Source: an uncultured Methanomicrobiales archaeon (GTDB lineage Archaea > Halobacteriota > Methanomicrobia > Methanomicrobiales > Methanospirillaceae). From it: a stretch of 64,000 nucleotides of DNA. This document shows, in pieces, positions 21,414 through 31,094 of this stretch. Under the pieces are notes generated by a model. That model saw nothing but the letters and a program-made list of their open reading frames with translations, was not told the DNA's origin and did no database searches. A program made the translations under genes and the position numbers. Numbering within the stretch: position 1 is the stretch's first letter; the number at the start of each line of letters is the position of its first letter. The stretch spans positions 96,001-160,000 of the forward strand of contig CAVWXH010000016.1 in NCBI GenBank assembly GCA_963758915.1, given 5' to 3'.

Positions 21414-22373
21414 TTGCTGATGGCAGAAAACAGCCCGGATTTGGAAGGAAAAATTGGTTACGTTGTCCTTGGGGCAACAAAGGAAGAAGGCGGTACGAGG
21501 TCTGTTTCATACCGCCTCGGTGGTGAATCAGATCTACCTTTCATAGGGATGAACACATCAGCAGGTTCGATCCCGCTTGTGGCGTTTGAAATCTGTGATG
21601 ACGCTTCGTACTGGTCCCCGATAGTTACTTCGTATATTGGTGATCTCGCAACTGATACCCCGGAATGGGCAACTGCAGCCGAAAAACAATACGGAGCAGA
21701 CCTTGTCCGGCTATACCTGACCAGTACGAAACGCCGTGGATTCGACGATTTCCCTTCAATTTCAAAGGTAACTGATGAGGTACTATCCGGCACGGGGCTT
21801 CCACTCGTCGTGGAAGGGAGTAATGAACCGGCAATCGACTCAGAGATATTCCAGCGGTGCGGTGAGGCCGGGCAGGGCGAACGCCTGCTCCTTGGTACTG
21901 CCGAGGCAGGGAGGTACCGCAGTGTTGCCGCTGCAGCGATGGCCTACAATCATTCCGTGGTTGCACAATCTCCAATTGACATCAACCTCGCGAAACAGCT
22001 CAATATCCTCCTCCGTGAAATCGGCCTGAAATCGGACCATATTATGATTGACCCGTATACGGGGTCACTCGGATACGGGTTTGAGTATTCCTATTCAGTA
22101 ATGGAACGGATACGCTATGCTGCGTTAAAGGGTGATAATGACCTTTCCATGCCGATGATTGCCTCGGCCACGGACTCCCTCAGCGTAAAAGAAGTCCGGG
22201 AGGCAGATGCCGCGATCAGGGACGATATAGCCGTTGCATGGGAATTTTATGCAGCACTCTCCTCGGCAGTTGCCGGGGCGTCCATCGTTTGTGTACGGCA
22301 CCCAAAGACGGTTCCCCTGCTGAAACAGGCCTTCCGCGAATTATGGGCTGGAAAAAAGCCCGGGGGGGCCTGA
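21414..22373 (+). CDS. acsD: Corrinoid iron-sulfur protein small subunit (delta)
   Basis: SPIDINLAKQLN, DP.TGSLGYGFEYSYSVMERIR, RHP motifs; short bacterial-like length; start may be the ATG at 21420. Confidence 0.93.
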   Translation: MLMAENSPDLEGKIGYVVLGATKEEGGTRSVSYRLGGESDLPFIGMNTSAGSIPLVAFEICDDASYWSPIVTSYIGDLATDTPEWATAAEKQYGADLVRLYLTSTKRRGFDDFPSISKVTDEVLSGTGLPLVVEGSNEPAIDSEIFQRCGEAGQGERLLLGTAEAGRYRSVAAAAMAYNHSVVAQSPIDINLAKQLNILLREIGLKSDHIMIDPYTGSLGYGFEYSYSVMERIRYAALKGDNDLSMPMIASATDSLSVKEVREADAAIRDDIAVAWEFYAALSSAVAGASIVCVRHPKTVPLLKQAFRELWAGKKPGGA

Positions 22374-22377
22374 AACC

Positions 22378-23715
22378 ATGGCACTAAAAGCCCTTGATAT
22401 TTACAAGCTACTGCCTAAAAAGAACTGCAAAGAGTGCGGGGACCCGACATGCCTTACCTTCGCAATGAAACTCGCCAGCGGTAAGGGTGATATTGATAAA
22501 TGCCCCTATCTGGACCTCAATGCGAAAAATATTCTTGGTGCGTCAACACGCCCGCCGATCCAGCTGGTGAAAATCGGGGTTGGAGAACGGAGGTTTGCAG
22601 TTGGAGAGGAATTCGTGGTCTTCCGCCATGAAAAAACGTTTTATCACCCGCCGGGAATCATGTTCCAGGTATCTGACCTCTGGCCCGCTGAAAAAATTGA
22701 ATCTGTGACAAGGAGAGCAGGGTCAGAACATTTTGTCAGGGTAGGGACCGATTTAACCTTTTCGGGAGTCGCAATAACGAATGAAAGCAGAGACCCGGAT
22801 GTATTTGCAAAGGCTGTGGGCGTTGTTGAGGCAACAGGGACGCATATTCCCGAAGTATTAATGGCGGCGGACCCTGCGGTACAGGAAGAAGGCCTTAATA
22901 AATGCGGAAATTTCCGCCCTCTTATCTACTCAGCCACGAAAGACACGTACAAACCAATGTGTGCCCTTGCGAAGAAATTCGGGTCCCCGCTTGTTGTAAG
23001 TGCAAAAGACCTTGAATCGCTGGGTGAGATGACAAAACTCTGTAATGCAGAAGGTATAACCGACCTGCTTCTTGACCTGTCGTTCCCCTCACTCCGGGAC
23101 TATATCCCTGCAGCAACCGAAATCCGGCAGAAATCGATCTCGCGGTCAGCGCCAGAACTTGGTTATCCCATCTTCCTAGATACAACACGGTACGGGATGC
23201 AGGAAACGGCGCTTGTCCTGGGAATTGACAAATATGCAGGAGTGATCGTGACCCCGGCACTTGGACCTGCACCATCAGTAGCGGCACTTACCCTGCGCCA
23301 GAATATTTATACCGACCCCCAGAAACCAATACAGATGAACCCGGGGATATATCCGGTTGGTAACCCGGGAAAAGAGTCACCGGTACTGCTTACGGTAAAC
23401 TTTTCGCTGACCTACTTCACCGTTCAGGGGTACCTTGAGTCAAGCCGGATTCCCTGTTACATGTTCATCGTCGACACCGAGGGGTTGTCTGTACTTACTG
23501 CGGTTGCAGCGGGAAAGCTGAATGAGACACTTGTCCGTGACTCCATCAAAAAATTCGACCTCGAAAATCTCGTTTCACACCGCCGTCTGATTATTCCTGG
23601 CTATGCATCGCCGCTTTCCGGTAAGATCGAAGAGGAGACCGGCTGGAAGATCCTGGTAGGGCCACGTGATGCCGCAGAAATTGGCGACTACCTTGTAAAG
23701 GAGTGGAAAATCTAG
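22378..23715 (+). CDS. acsC: Corrinoid iron-sulfur protein large subunit (gamma)
   Basis: LPKKNCKECGDPTC 4Fe-4S motif, RQNIYTDPQKP, TVNFSLTY, GLSVLTA.AAG, VGPRDA. Confidence 0.95.
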   Translation: MALKALDIYKLLPKKNCKECGDPTCLTFAMKLASGKGDIDKCPYLDLNAKNILGASTRPPIQLVKIGVGERRFAVGEEFVVFRHEKTFYHPPGIMFQVSDLWPAEKIESVTRRAGSEHFVRVGTDLTFSGVAITNESRDPDVFAKAVGVVEATGTHIPEVLMAADPAVQEEGLNKCGNFRPLIYSATKDTYKPMCALAKKFGSPLVVSAKDLESLGEMTKLCNAEGITDLLLDLSFPSLRDYIPAATEIRQKSISRSAPELGYPIFLDTTRYGMQETALVLGIDKYAGVIVTPALGPAPSVAALTLRQNIYTDPQKPIQMNPGIYPVGNPGKESPVLLTVNFSLTYFTVQGYLESSRIPCYMFIVDTEGLSVLTAVAAGKLNETLVRDSIKKFDLENLVSHRRLIIPGYASPLSGKIEEETGWKILVGPRDAAEIGDYLVKEWKI

Positions 23716-25632
23716 ATGGCCTCCATCACGTTCCTTCCCAGTTACCGGAAGATCACCGTGGACCCCGGGAGTACCATTCTTGATGCAATCCAGAAAGCCC
23801 AAATCCAGATGAATGTTGTCTGTGGCGGCCAGGGTAAGTGCGGAAAATGTATTGTCTACATAAAAAACGGTTTAGTAGATTTTGATCATGAAAAATTCGG
23901 AAAATTTTTTACTGCCGATGAACTGGACCAGGGTGCATGTCTTGCCTGCCAGGCTGTTGTCAGGGATGACCTCCATGTCATGATCCCTGAAAGTTCACTT
24001 ATCCAGCAGCAGAAAATCCTGATGGAATCGCTTGGTATTGAGACCCCTTTTCAGCCGTCTGTATGGAAATATTATGTTGAGCTCTCACCCCCGACACTTG
24101 AAGACCCGTCCCCTGACCTCACGCGGCTTGTATGGGGGGTCCAGAAACAGGGTGGACCCCTGGCAGAGAAAATGTATGCTCCCCTGGATGTCCTCCGGGG
24201 GATGCCCCGTGTCCTCCGTGACAGCGGGTGGAGGGTTACCGCAACCCTCGCACTTGTACCTGGCGGGTACCGGATTATTGATATTGAGAAGGGTGACACC
24301 AGAAAGGAACTCTACGGGGTTGCCATAGATCTCGGCACTACCACGGTTGTTGCATATATTCGTAGTCTTGTTGATGGGCATGTTGTCGGTATTGCATCAA
24401 ATTATAACCGCCAGATCAGCTGCGGAGAGGACATCCTGTCGAGGGTGAATTTCGCAAGAAAGAACGGGCTCCCCAAGTTACAGTCGCTTGCAGCCGAGAG
24501 TATCAACCTTGCAATCACCACTGCCGCGAATGGTGCCGGGATCGACAGGGAGGATATCTATGAGGTTGTCGTTGCCGGGAACACAATCATGACCCACATC
24601 CTCCTTGGTATTGACCCGGCGTACATGATCGAGGAGCCCTATGTCCCGGTAGTGAGGCGTTACCTGACCACCGCAGCACCGAGGCTAGGGATTGAGGTTG
24701 CGAAGGATGCTTCGGTCTTCTTATTTCCTGCCGTTTCTGATTTCATTGGTGGTGATATCATTGCTGATATCCTTGCGTCCGGTATGGGTGAACGGGATGA
24801 GATATCACTTCTTGTAGATATCGGAACAAATTTTGAGGTGGTACTTGGGAACCGTGACTGGATGTTCTCGTGTGCCGGGGCTGCAGGGCCTGCCCTTGAA
24901 GGTGGGGAGGTCCTCTTCGGGATGAGAGCGAACCCCGGTGCAATTGAACGCATCATGATAGATCCGGTAACGCTGGAGCCCCAATACCAGACCATAAACA
25001 GCATAAAACCGATGGGGATTTGTGGTTCCGGGCTTATCGACCTTCTTGCCGACCTTCTCAGGGCCTGCGTCGTGGACAGGACAGGGCGGATCAACACTGA
25101 AATTATCCATCCGCGTATCAGGCAGGGTACCCATTGCCCTGAATATGTGATTGCATGGAAACAGGAAAGTGGAAATAACAAGGATATTGTAATTACCGAG
25201 AATGATATCAAGAACCTGATCATGAGCAAGGCGTCAGTCCTCGCTGCATGCATTACTCTTATGAAACAGGCAGGAATTACGAGAAACGAGATATCAACTA
25301 TTTATTTTTCAGGGGCATTTGGAAATTATATCCACAAGGAACATGCGATCATGATCGGGCTTATTCCTGAGGTACCAGTGGAGCAGATTAAAAACATTGG
25401 GAACGGGGCCGTCGAGGGAGCAAATATGGCATTGATAAACCGGAAAAAGAGAAAAACACTTGATGAAATTGCAAGGAATATCGCCTATATCGAGCTGAAT
25501 GCCGAGTCGTCCTTTATGGATGAGTACACCGGCAGCTCGTTCCTTCCCCATACAGACCTCTCGTTATTCCCGGGGGTCCAGAAAATGCTCGATGAGTGCC
25601 GGTTGAAAAAAATTTCCCGGGGTGTACCATAA
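23716..25632 (+). CDS. acsV: Reductive activator of corrinoid protein (RACo; 2Fe-2S plus ASKHA ATPase)
   Basis: N-terminal CGGQGKCGKC...CLAC; DLGTTT, DIGTN, AAGPALEG, GICGSG motifs. Confidence 0.92.
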   Translation: MASITFLPSYRKITVDPGSTILDAIQKAQIQMNVVCGGQGKCGKCIVYIKNGLVDFDHEKFGKFFTADELDQGACLACQAVVRDDLHVMIPESSLIQQQKILMESLGIETPFQPSVWKYYVELSPPTLEDPSPDLTRLVWGVQKQGGPLAEKMYAPLDVLRGMPRVLRDSGWRVTATLALVPGGYRIIDIEKGDTRKELYGVAIDLGTTTVVAYIRSLVDGHVVGIASNYNRQISCGEDILSRVNFARKNGLPKLQSLAAESINLAITTAANGAGIDREDIYEVVVAGNTIMTHILLGIDPAYMIEEPYVPVVRRYLTTAAPRLGIEVAKDASVFLFPAVSDFIGGDIIADILASGMGERDEISLLVDIGTNFEVVLGNRDWMFSCAGAAGPALEGGEVLFGMRANPGAIERIMIDPVTLEPQYQTINSIKPMGICGSGLIDLLADLLRACVVDRTGRINTEIIHPRIRQGTHCPEYVIAWKQESGNNKDIVITENDIKNLIMSKASVLAACITLMKQAGITRNEISTIYFSGAFGNYIHKEHAIMIGLIPEVPVEQIKNIGNGAVEGANMALINRKKRKTLDEIARNIAYIELNAESSFMDEYTGSSFLPHTDLSLFPGVQKMLDECRLKKISRGVP

Positions 25633-26666
25633 TGGCGGTTCACCTGGCATCGCCCGGCAGCCTGGCGACCGGTATAGGGAGTCTTCCGCATACCGACCCT
25701 GTACTGGCATGTAATGAGGTAGTAAGGATATTCCCGCAGCTACCATATGCCCCCTCACTTCCCAACAGGGGATTACTGGAAAATATTGTATTTTGTGATT
25801 CAGAACGCCTCCCTGGCAGGGTAATCAGGGAGGGAAGACTGCTTGTTGACCGGAAAGCGGATCTTTCGGGTGTAATGGAACAGATTTATCTTGATTACAT
25901 TGAAGGGAATTATTCCCCTTACGCAATAGCAACAGAATATGCCTCAGGCTTTCACGAATTTAAAAGGAGGAAATTTAATTCTCCGTTCGCCCTGAAATGC
26001 CAGGTCACGGGACCGGTGACGTTTGGCATGCAGGTTGTGGATGCAGAAAAACGGCCGGTCTATTATGACAGCCAGTACGCCGATGTCCTCTCGAAGCTGA
26101 TCGCACTCCGGGCCCGCTGGCTCGAACAGACACTGACCGGGGATACCGGGGTTGCGAATACCATTGTAATGGTGAACGAACCATATCTCGCAGCCCTTGG
26201 GTCATCGGTAGTCCCGATAGACATGGATTCTGTCAAATCAGGCTGGCATGATATCGCAGATCTGCTCCAGGGAAGCACAGGCATTCATTGCTGCAGTAAT
26301 ACCGACTGGAGTTTTATATTCTCGCTTGACCCGGGAATCGTATCATTTGATGCCTACGCGACGACGAAGGAATTTCTCCTGTACAGGGATGATCTTTTTT
26401 CCTACCTCGAACGGGGAGGGGTTGTTGCATGGGGTGTTGTACCTGCCGACAACCGTGTTTTTTCCTTGGAAACCCCGGAATCACTGTATGAGCGCTATAT
26501 GGGTATCAGAAAAGAGGTGACCTCGTATATCCCTGAAAAATTATTTGATGCCCAATCAATAATAACCCCAAGCTGTGGAATACGATTCGCAAATGAAACG
26601 GAATCCTGTAGTATTATGGAAACAGCTGCAATGATATCATCCCGTGTTCGGGGGGCATACAATTAA
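25632..26666 (+). CDS. mesB: Folate-independent (core MetE, MesB-like) methionine synthase
   Basis: ATGIGSLPH start, KCQVTGPVT, NEPYL, Zn-site GIHCC / SFDAY / ITPSCG, VAWGVVP; single ~345 aa barrel; TAATG coupling to acsV. Confidence 0.82.
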   Translation: MAVHLASPGSLATGIGSLPHTDPVLACNEVVRIFPQLPYAPSLPNRGLLENIVFCDSERLPGRVIREGRLLVDRKADLSGVMEQIYLDYIEGNYSPYAIATEYASGFHEFKRRKFNSPFALKCQVTGPVTFGMQVVDAEKRPVYYDSQYADVLSKLIALRARWLEQTLTGDTGVANTIVMVNEPYLAALGSSVVPIDMDSVKSGWHDIADLLQGSTGIHCCSNTDWSFIFSLDPGIVSFDAYATTKEFLLYRDDLFSYLERGGVVAWGVVPADNRVFSLETPESLYERYMGIRKEVTSYIPEKLFDAQSIITPSCGIRFANETESCSIMETAAMISSRVRGAYN

Positions 26667-26724
26667 TGAACGATTATAGTAGTGTATTTTTTCTTTGCAG
26701 GCCGGAAAAAGGGAGGTGGTACAG

Positions 26725-27498
26725 ATGATCGTCCCGTATACCATTGCCGTAGCGGGGAAAGGGGGCACAGGGAAGACGACAATTAGTTCCCTGCTTGTGC
26801 GGGCACTTATCGGGCTTGGGAAAGCACCGGTGCTTGCGGTGGATGCTGACCCGAATGCAAATTTTCATGAAGCACTTGGCGTGGAGGTACTGGAAAACCT
26901 TGGCGGGATGCGCGAAGATGCATTCACGAAGAGTATTCCTGCCGGGATGACCCGCACCGATTATATTCGGTTCCGGTTTTACCAGGTCCTCGTTGAGGAC
27001 GATGGTTTTGACCTGATAGCGATGGGCAGGCCTGAAGGGACCGGCTGTTATTGTTTTGCAAATGACCTCCTTAAAACGTGTATGCGTCTGTTAGAGCGTG
27101 ATTACCAGTTTATCATTATAGATTCAGAGGCGGGGATGGAACATATCAGCAGGGGGACTATTGGTATACCTGACCTCCTCCTGATCGTGAGTGACCCGGG
27201 TGCACGGGGTCTCCGTACAGCCTCCAGGATAATCGATATTGCCCTGGACCTTGGTATCAGCCGTTCTGCCATGCACCTGGTTTTTAACCGGTATAAAAGT
27301 GGCGTAGCCCCGGCCGGGGCTTTTCAGGACCCCCCTATCGCGGTGGTCCCCTACGATCCTGCCGTAGAAGCTGCTGACCTTGAGGCATCACCGGTGTCCC
27401 TGATACCTGGTGGGAGTCCTGCAAGAGAAGCGGTGGAGGAATTGGCTGTTAAACTGATTGGATTTGCAGATAAAAAGGAAAGCGAAAGGGTGAAATAA
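26725..27498 (+). CDS. cooC: CooC/AcsF nickel-insertion ATPase
   Basis: GKGGTGKTT, VDADPN, MGRPEGTGCYC, DSEAGMEH motifs; GGAGGT RBS. Confidence 0.92.
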   Translation: MIVPYTIAVAGKGGTGKTTISSLLVRALIGLGKAPVLAVDADPNANFHEALGVEVLENLGGMREDAFTKSIPAGMTRTDYIRFRFYQVLVEDDGFDLIAMGRPEGTGCYCFANDLLKTCMRLLERDYQFIIIDSEAGMEHISRGTIGIPDLLLIVSDPGARGLRTASRIIDIALDLGISRSAMHLVFNRYKSGVAPAGAFQDPPIAVVPYDPAVEAADLEASPVSLIPGGSPAREAVEELAVKLIGFADKKESERVK

Positions 27499-27660
27499 CT
27501 CAAACCAGAGTATTTTTCGAATGGCGGGCCATCTGGGATGGTTTCGTACCGGGCCGCTTTTTACTCCTGACCTGGAGCAGGTGATACGTGCCTCATTGCC
27601 GGGGGCTGTGGTTAGTGACCGTAGCAAATCCATAAAATAGAACGGAATCATACGATTGGT

Positions 27661-28372
27661 ATGGAATCCTCTGAGCGGGAAGATTATCTTGAAGCAGTAC
27701 CTGGTGAGGCATCTTGCTGCACAGGGCACTCCTACTGCAAAAGATATTGCACAAGATCTGTCCCTTGGGGAGGATACCACATCAGCGGACTTAAAAACCC
27801 TTGGAATAGAGGGTGACCTTGTTTTCGATGAAAAAGGGGCAGTCAGTCTTACGGATCAGGGACGCAGCATAGCAGAACGCGTACTGAAAAAACATCGTGT
27901 ACTGCAATGTTTCCTCGGTGAGATCCTCGGGATGGATGAGGATGCAGCATCGGATGAGGCATGTATACTGGAGCATTCCATATCCGATACAGCCATCAAC
28001 CGGATAGGAAATTACGTGAATAAAACCGGACCCCGGAATAAATCCTCCTGTCAGAGGCTGATGAATAATTATCTTCTTAACCCCCCGTCTTCTGGTACAC
28101 TACCCCGGGTACCGGAGGTCTCACCAGCTGGATCATCCCCTGCCCCGGTATGCAGTTCTCTCATCGATGCAATGGAATCCATACCCCTGACGGTCATGGG
28201 AATCACGGGTGGAGAGTATCTCCACCGGCTGATCGACCTCGGGGTAATTCCCGGGGAAGTAGTTATTTTAAGGCGAAGACTGCACAACAACGCAGTTGTC
28301 CTCCAGGTTAAGGAATGTGACATCGCGTTATCACCTGAGATCGCAGGGACTATTCTCGTGGAGAAACTGTAA
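27661..28372 (+). CDS. DtxR/MntR-family metal-dependent regulator with C-terminal FeoA domain; apparent +1 frameshift at ~27700
   Basis: MESSEREDYLEAV from the ATG at 27661 in one frame; HTH, KHRVL, EACILEH and FeoA RLIDLGVIPG in the next frame. Confidence 0.85.
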
Positions 28373-30223
28373 ATGAAGATCGGGCTTATTGGAAACCCCA
28401 ATGTCGGGAAATCCCTGATCTTCAACCAGTTGACCGGGCTCGGTGTTGAGGTAAGTAATTATCCCGGTACAACAGTCGGACTTGAAAAGGGACATGTCTG
28501 CTACCAGCGTGAAAAATTTGAAATCTGTGACCTCCCCGGCATTTATTCGCTTGACGGGGATTCAGATGAAGAAAAACTTGTCAATGGCATGCTGGAACGC
28601 CATGAACTTGACCTGGTAATTGCGATACTGGATGCAGTCCACCTTGAAAGAAACCTGTACCTGTTTCTCCAGGTGGCGGAATATGGCCTGCCGATGCTGG
28701 TTGTCCTGAATATGGCGGACGAGGCAGAAAAATTTGGTATATCGGTAGACTCATCAGAACTATCGATAATTCTTGGTTGCCCGGTTATTATGACCGCAGC
28801 AATCCATGGAAGGGGCACTGGCCAGATCCTCCCTGCTGCGCTCAGTTCTGCCTGCCCTGCAACCGTTATCGTTGCGTATGACCACCACATCGAGGCTGCA
28901 GTCAGAAGCATTATGGGTAACTTCCCTGTCTCAAGACCGGTTGCCATCCGGTCACTCGAAGGGATCGGGCCAGATAAGGAAATGCTTGATTCATCTGCGG
29001 CAATAGCAAACGAGATAGAAAACCGGCACAAGATGTCCCCGCGCCAGATTATTTCAGCAAACCGTCACCATTTCGCGGAACAACTGGCAGACCGGGTGAT
29101 TACTACCAGGCTGAAAAAACCAGCGTTCGACCTGGACCGGCTTCTTACAAAGAGTATACCCGGCATCCCTATTATGGCCGCCATACTTATCGGGATCCTG
29201 GTCGTGGTATTTACCATAGGTTCATGGCTTGAAGGAATTATTGTTGCTTTCTTTACCACCTACCTGGTCGCACCACTCCTTTCGCTCAGCCTGCCACCGC
29301 TCCTTTTACAGGTATCAATTTCCGTATTACTTGGAATTCAGGCAGGGATTGGCATCGCATTGCCTTTCATTTTTACGTTCTATATCTTCATATCAATATT
29401 AGAGGACTCAGGCTACCTGACCCGGGCGGCCTTCCTGGCAGACCAGGCAATGCACAGGATCGGCATGCACGGCCAGGCAATAATTCCGCTTATACTTGGA
29501 TTCGGCTGTACTGTGCCTGCGGTGATGAGCATCCGGCTCCTCGCATCGCGCCGTGAGCGTTTTATTGCCTCATTTCTCGTGACCATGATCCCGTGCTCAG
29601 CCCGGACAGTGATTATCGCCGGGGTCGTCGCAACCTTTGTTGGTATCTGGTGGGCACTTTCAATTTACCTTATCGTGTTTATTCTTGTCGTGTTTACCGG
29701 GCTGTTTCTCTCCCGGATAACCCCGGGAGAACGATTCGGTATGATCATGGAGATGGCGCCGCTCCGGGCACCGCAGGCCGGTAACGTGGTGAAAAAATCA
29801 TGGGGAAAAATTTCTGAATTTCTCATCATTGCGATGCCCCTGCTGATAATCAGCAGTGTAATACTCGGGTTGCTGCAGTATTATGGCGTGATTACTGCAT
29901 TTACGAATTTTATCGAGCCATTTTCAACAATGGTGCTCGGGCTTCCTGCCTACGCAACAACGGCCCTGATGTTCGGGATCCTCCGAAAGGAGATGGCACT
30001 CGGGGCATTGGTTGTCCTTGCCGGTACCCCTGCACTGGATACGGTAATGACCCAGGTCCAGCTGTATACCTGGGCTATCATCAGCGTACTGTTTGTCCCG
30101 TGTATTTCCACGATTGCCGTGCTCTACCGGCAGATGGGGTTAAAGACGGTTGTCCTGGTGACGATGTACACGTTGATTCTCGGGCTGGCAATCGGAGCTG
30201 GTATCCACCTGGCGTTCCCCTGA
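28373..30223 (+). CDS. feoB: Ferrous iron transporter B
   Basis: GNPNVGKS, NYPGTTV, DLPG.YSL G-domain; LEDSGY, GFGCTVPA, IPCSAR membrane motifs. Confidence 0.96.
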   Translation: MKIGLIGNPNVGKSLIFNQLTGLGVEVSNYPGTTVGLEKGHVCYQREKFEICDLPGIYSLDGDSDEEKLVNGMLERHELDLVIAILDAVHLERNLYLFLQVAEYGLPMLVVLNMADEAEKFGISVDSSELSIILGCPVIMTAAIHGRGTGQILPAALSSACPATVIVAYDHHIEAAVRSIMGNFPVSRPVAIRSLEGIGPDKEMLDSSAAIANEIENRHKMSPRQIISANRHHFAEQLADRVITTRLKKPAFDLDRLLTKSIPGIPIMAAILIGILVVVFTIGSWLEGIIVAFFTTYLVAPLLSLSLPPLLLQVSISVLLGIQAGIGIALPFIFTFYIFISILEDSGYLTRAAFLADQAMHRIGMHGQAIIPLILGFGCTVPAVMSIRLLASRRERFIASFLVTMIPCSARTVIIAGVVATFVGIWWALSIYLIVFILVVFTGLFLSRITPGERFGMIMEMAPLRAPQAGNVVKKSWGKISEFLIIAMPLLIISSVILGLLQYYGVITAFTNFIEPFSTMVLGLPAYATTALMFGILRKEMALGALVVLAGTPALDTVMTQVQLYTWAIISVLFVPCISTIAVLYRQMGLKTVVLVTMYTLILGLAIGAGIHLAFP

Positions 30224-30379
30224 TTTCCAGGGACTCACCTGATCTTTTATAACCCTGCAAATCTGAAAAAACGGTGGCATATAAACAAATAAATCAGGGA
30301 TTATTCCCATTTTTGGGATATAAAGTCTTAAGATTCCAATAACGGCAATAACGGTTTCTGACGATGAGCTGGAAAAAAA

Positions 30380-30685
30380 TTACATTTTGGTGACTTTATC
30401 CATTTTCAGCACTTTCTTTGCGACAATAAAGACGACCAGTGCGACAATGATAAAGTAAATCAGATCTGAAAGGAACGGGCCCCAGCCGATTACCATTGGC
30501 CCAATGATAACTGTTGCGGTTTTCCAGGCCCCTCCGGGAATTAACACCGCGATAACAGGCATAACCAGGTTATCTACAAAAGACTTTACGAGGGCTGATG
30601 CGGCGACACCGATTATGAAGGCAATTGCGAGGCCTATAATCTTATATTCCTGGAGAAATTCCATAAACTCTGACATAAAACCCAT
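30380..30685 (-). CDS. mscL: Large-conductance mechanosensitive channel family protein (short archaeal type)
   Basis: EFMEFL...GLAIAFIIG....LVKSFVDNLVMP, WGPFL motifs. Confidence 0.88.
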   Translation of the reverse strand: MGFMSEFMEFLQEYKIIGLAIAFIIGVAASALVKSFVDNLVMPVIAVLIPGGAWKTATVIIGPMVIGWGPFLSDLIYFIIVALVVFIVAKKVLKMDKVTKM

Positions 30686-31094
30686 GTTTTTTCACATCCT
30701 CTTTAAAAAAGTATGTATCAGTTTTTGTATATAATAACAATTCGGTAGTTCTTACCAACGGATCTTTGGTAATCCTGTTCCGGAATCAATGAACTGTAAC
30801 AGGCAGAAAAATATGGCCCTGATATGTGGTGGATACATTGGCAAACAGCACCATAACCCTGTCTTCCAGCACCTGAACTCTCTCCCATGAACAGGTATAG
30901 GAGTTCTATACGTCCGTTTCATCTCGTAAAGGGCCGCGAAAAGAATTAACCCTTGCCCTGCAGAAACATGGATGAACGGGGAGTCCGATGTGTGTTTCAA
31001 CAAGGCGTGCTATTGGCCTATGGCTCATAGATGAGCATGAAAAAGGTGGCCTTTCAGATTGTTTTGCCGGGATTTTTCATATCAGCCTTAATCG

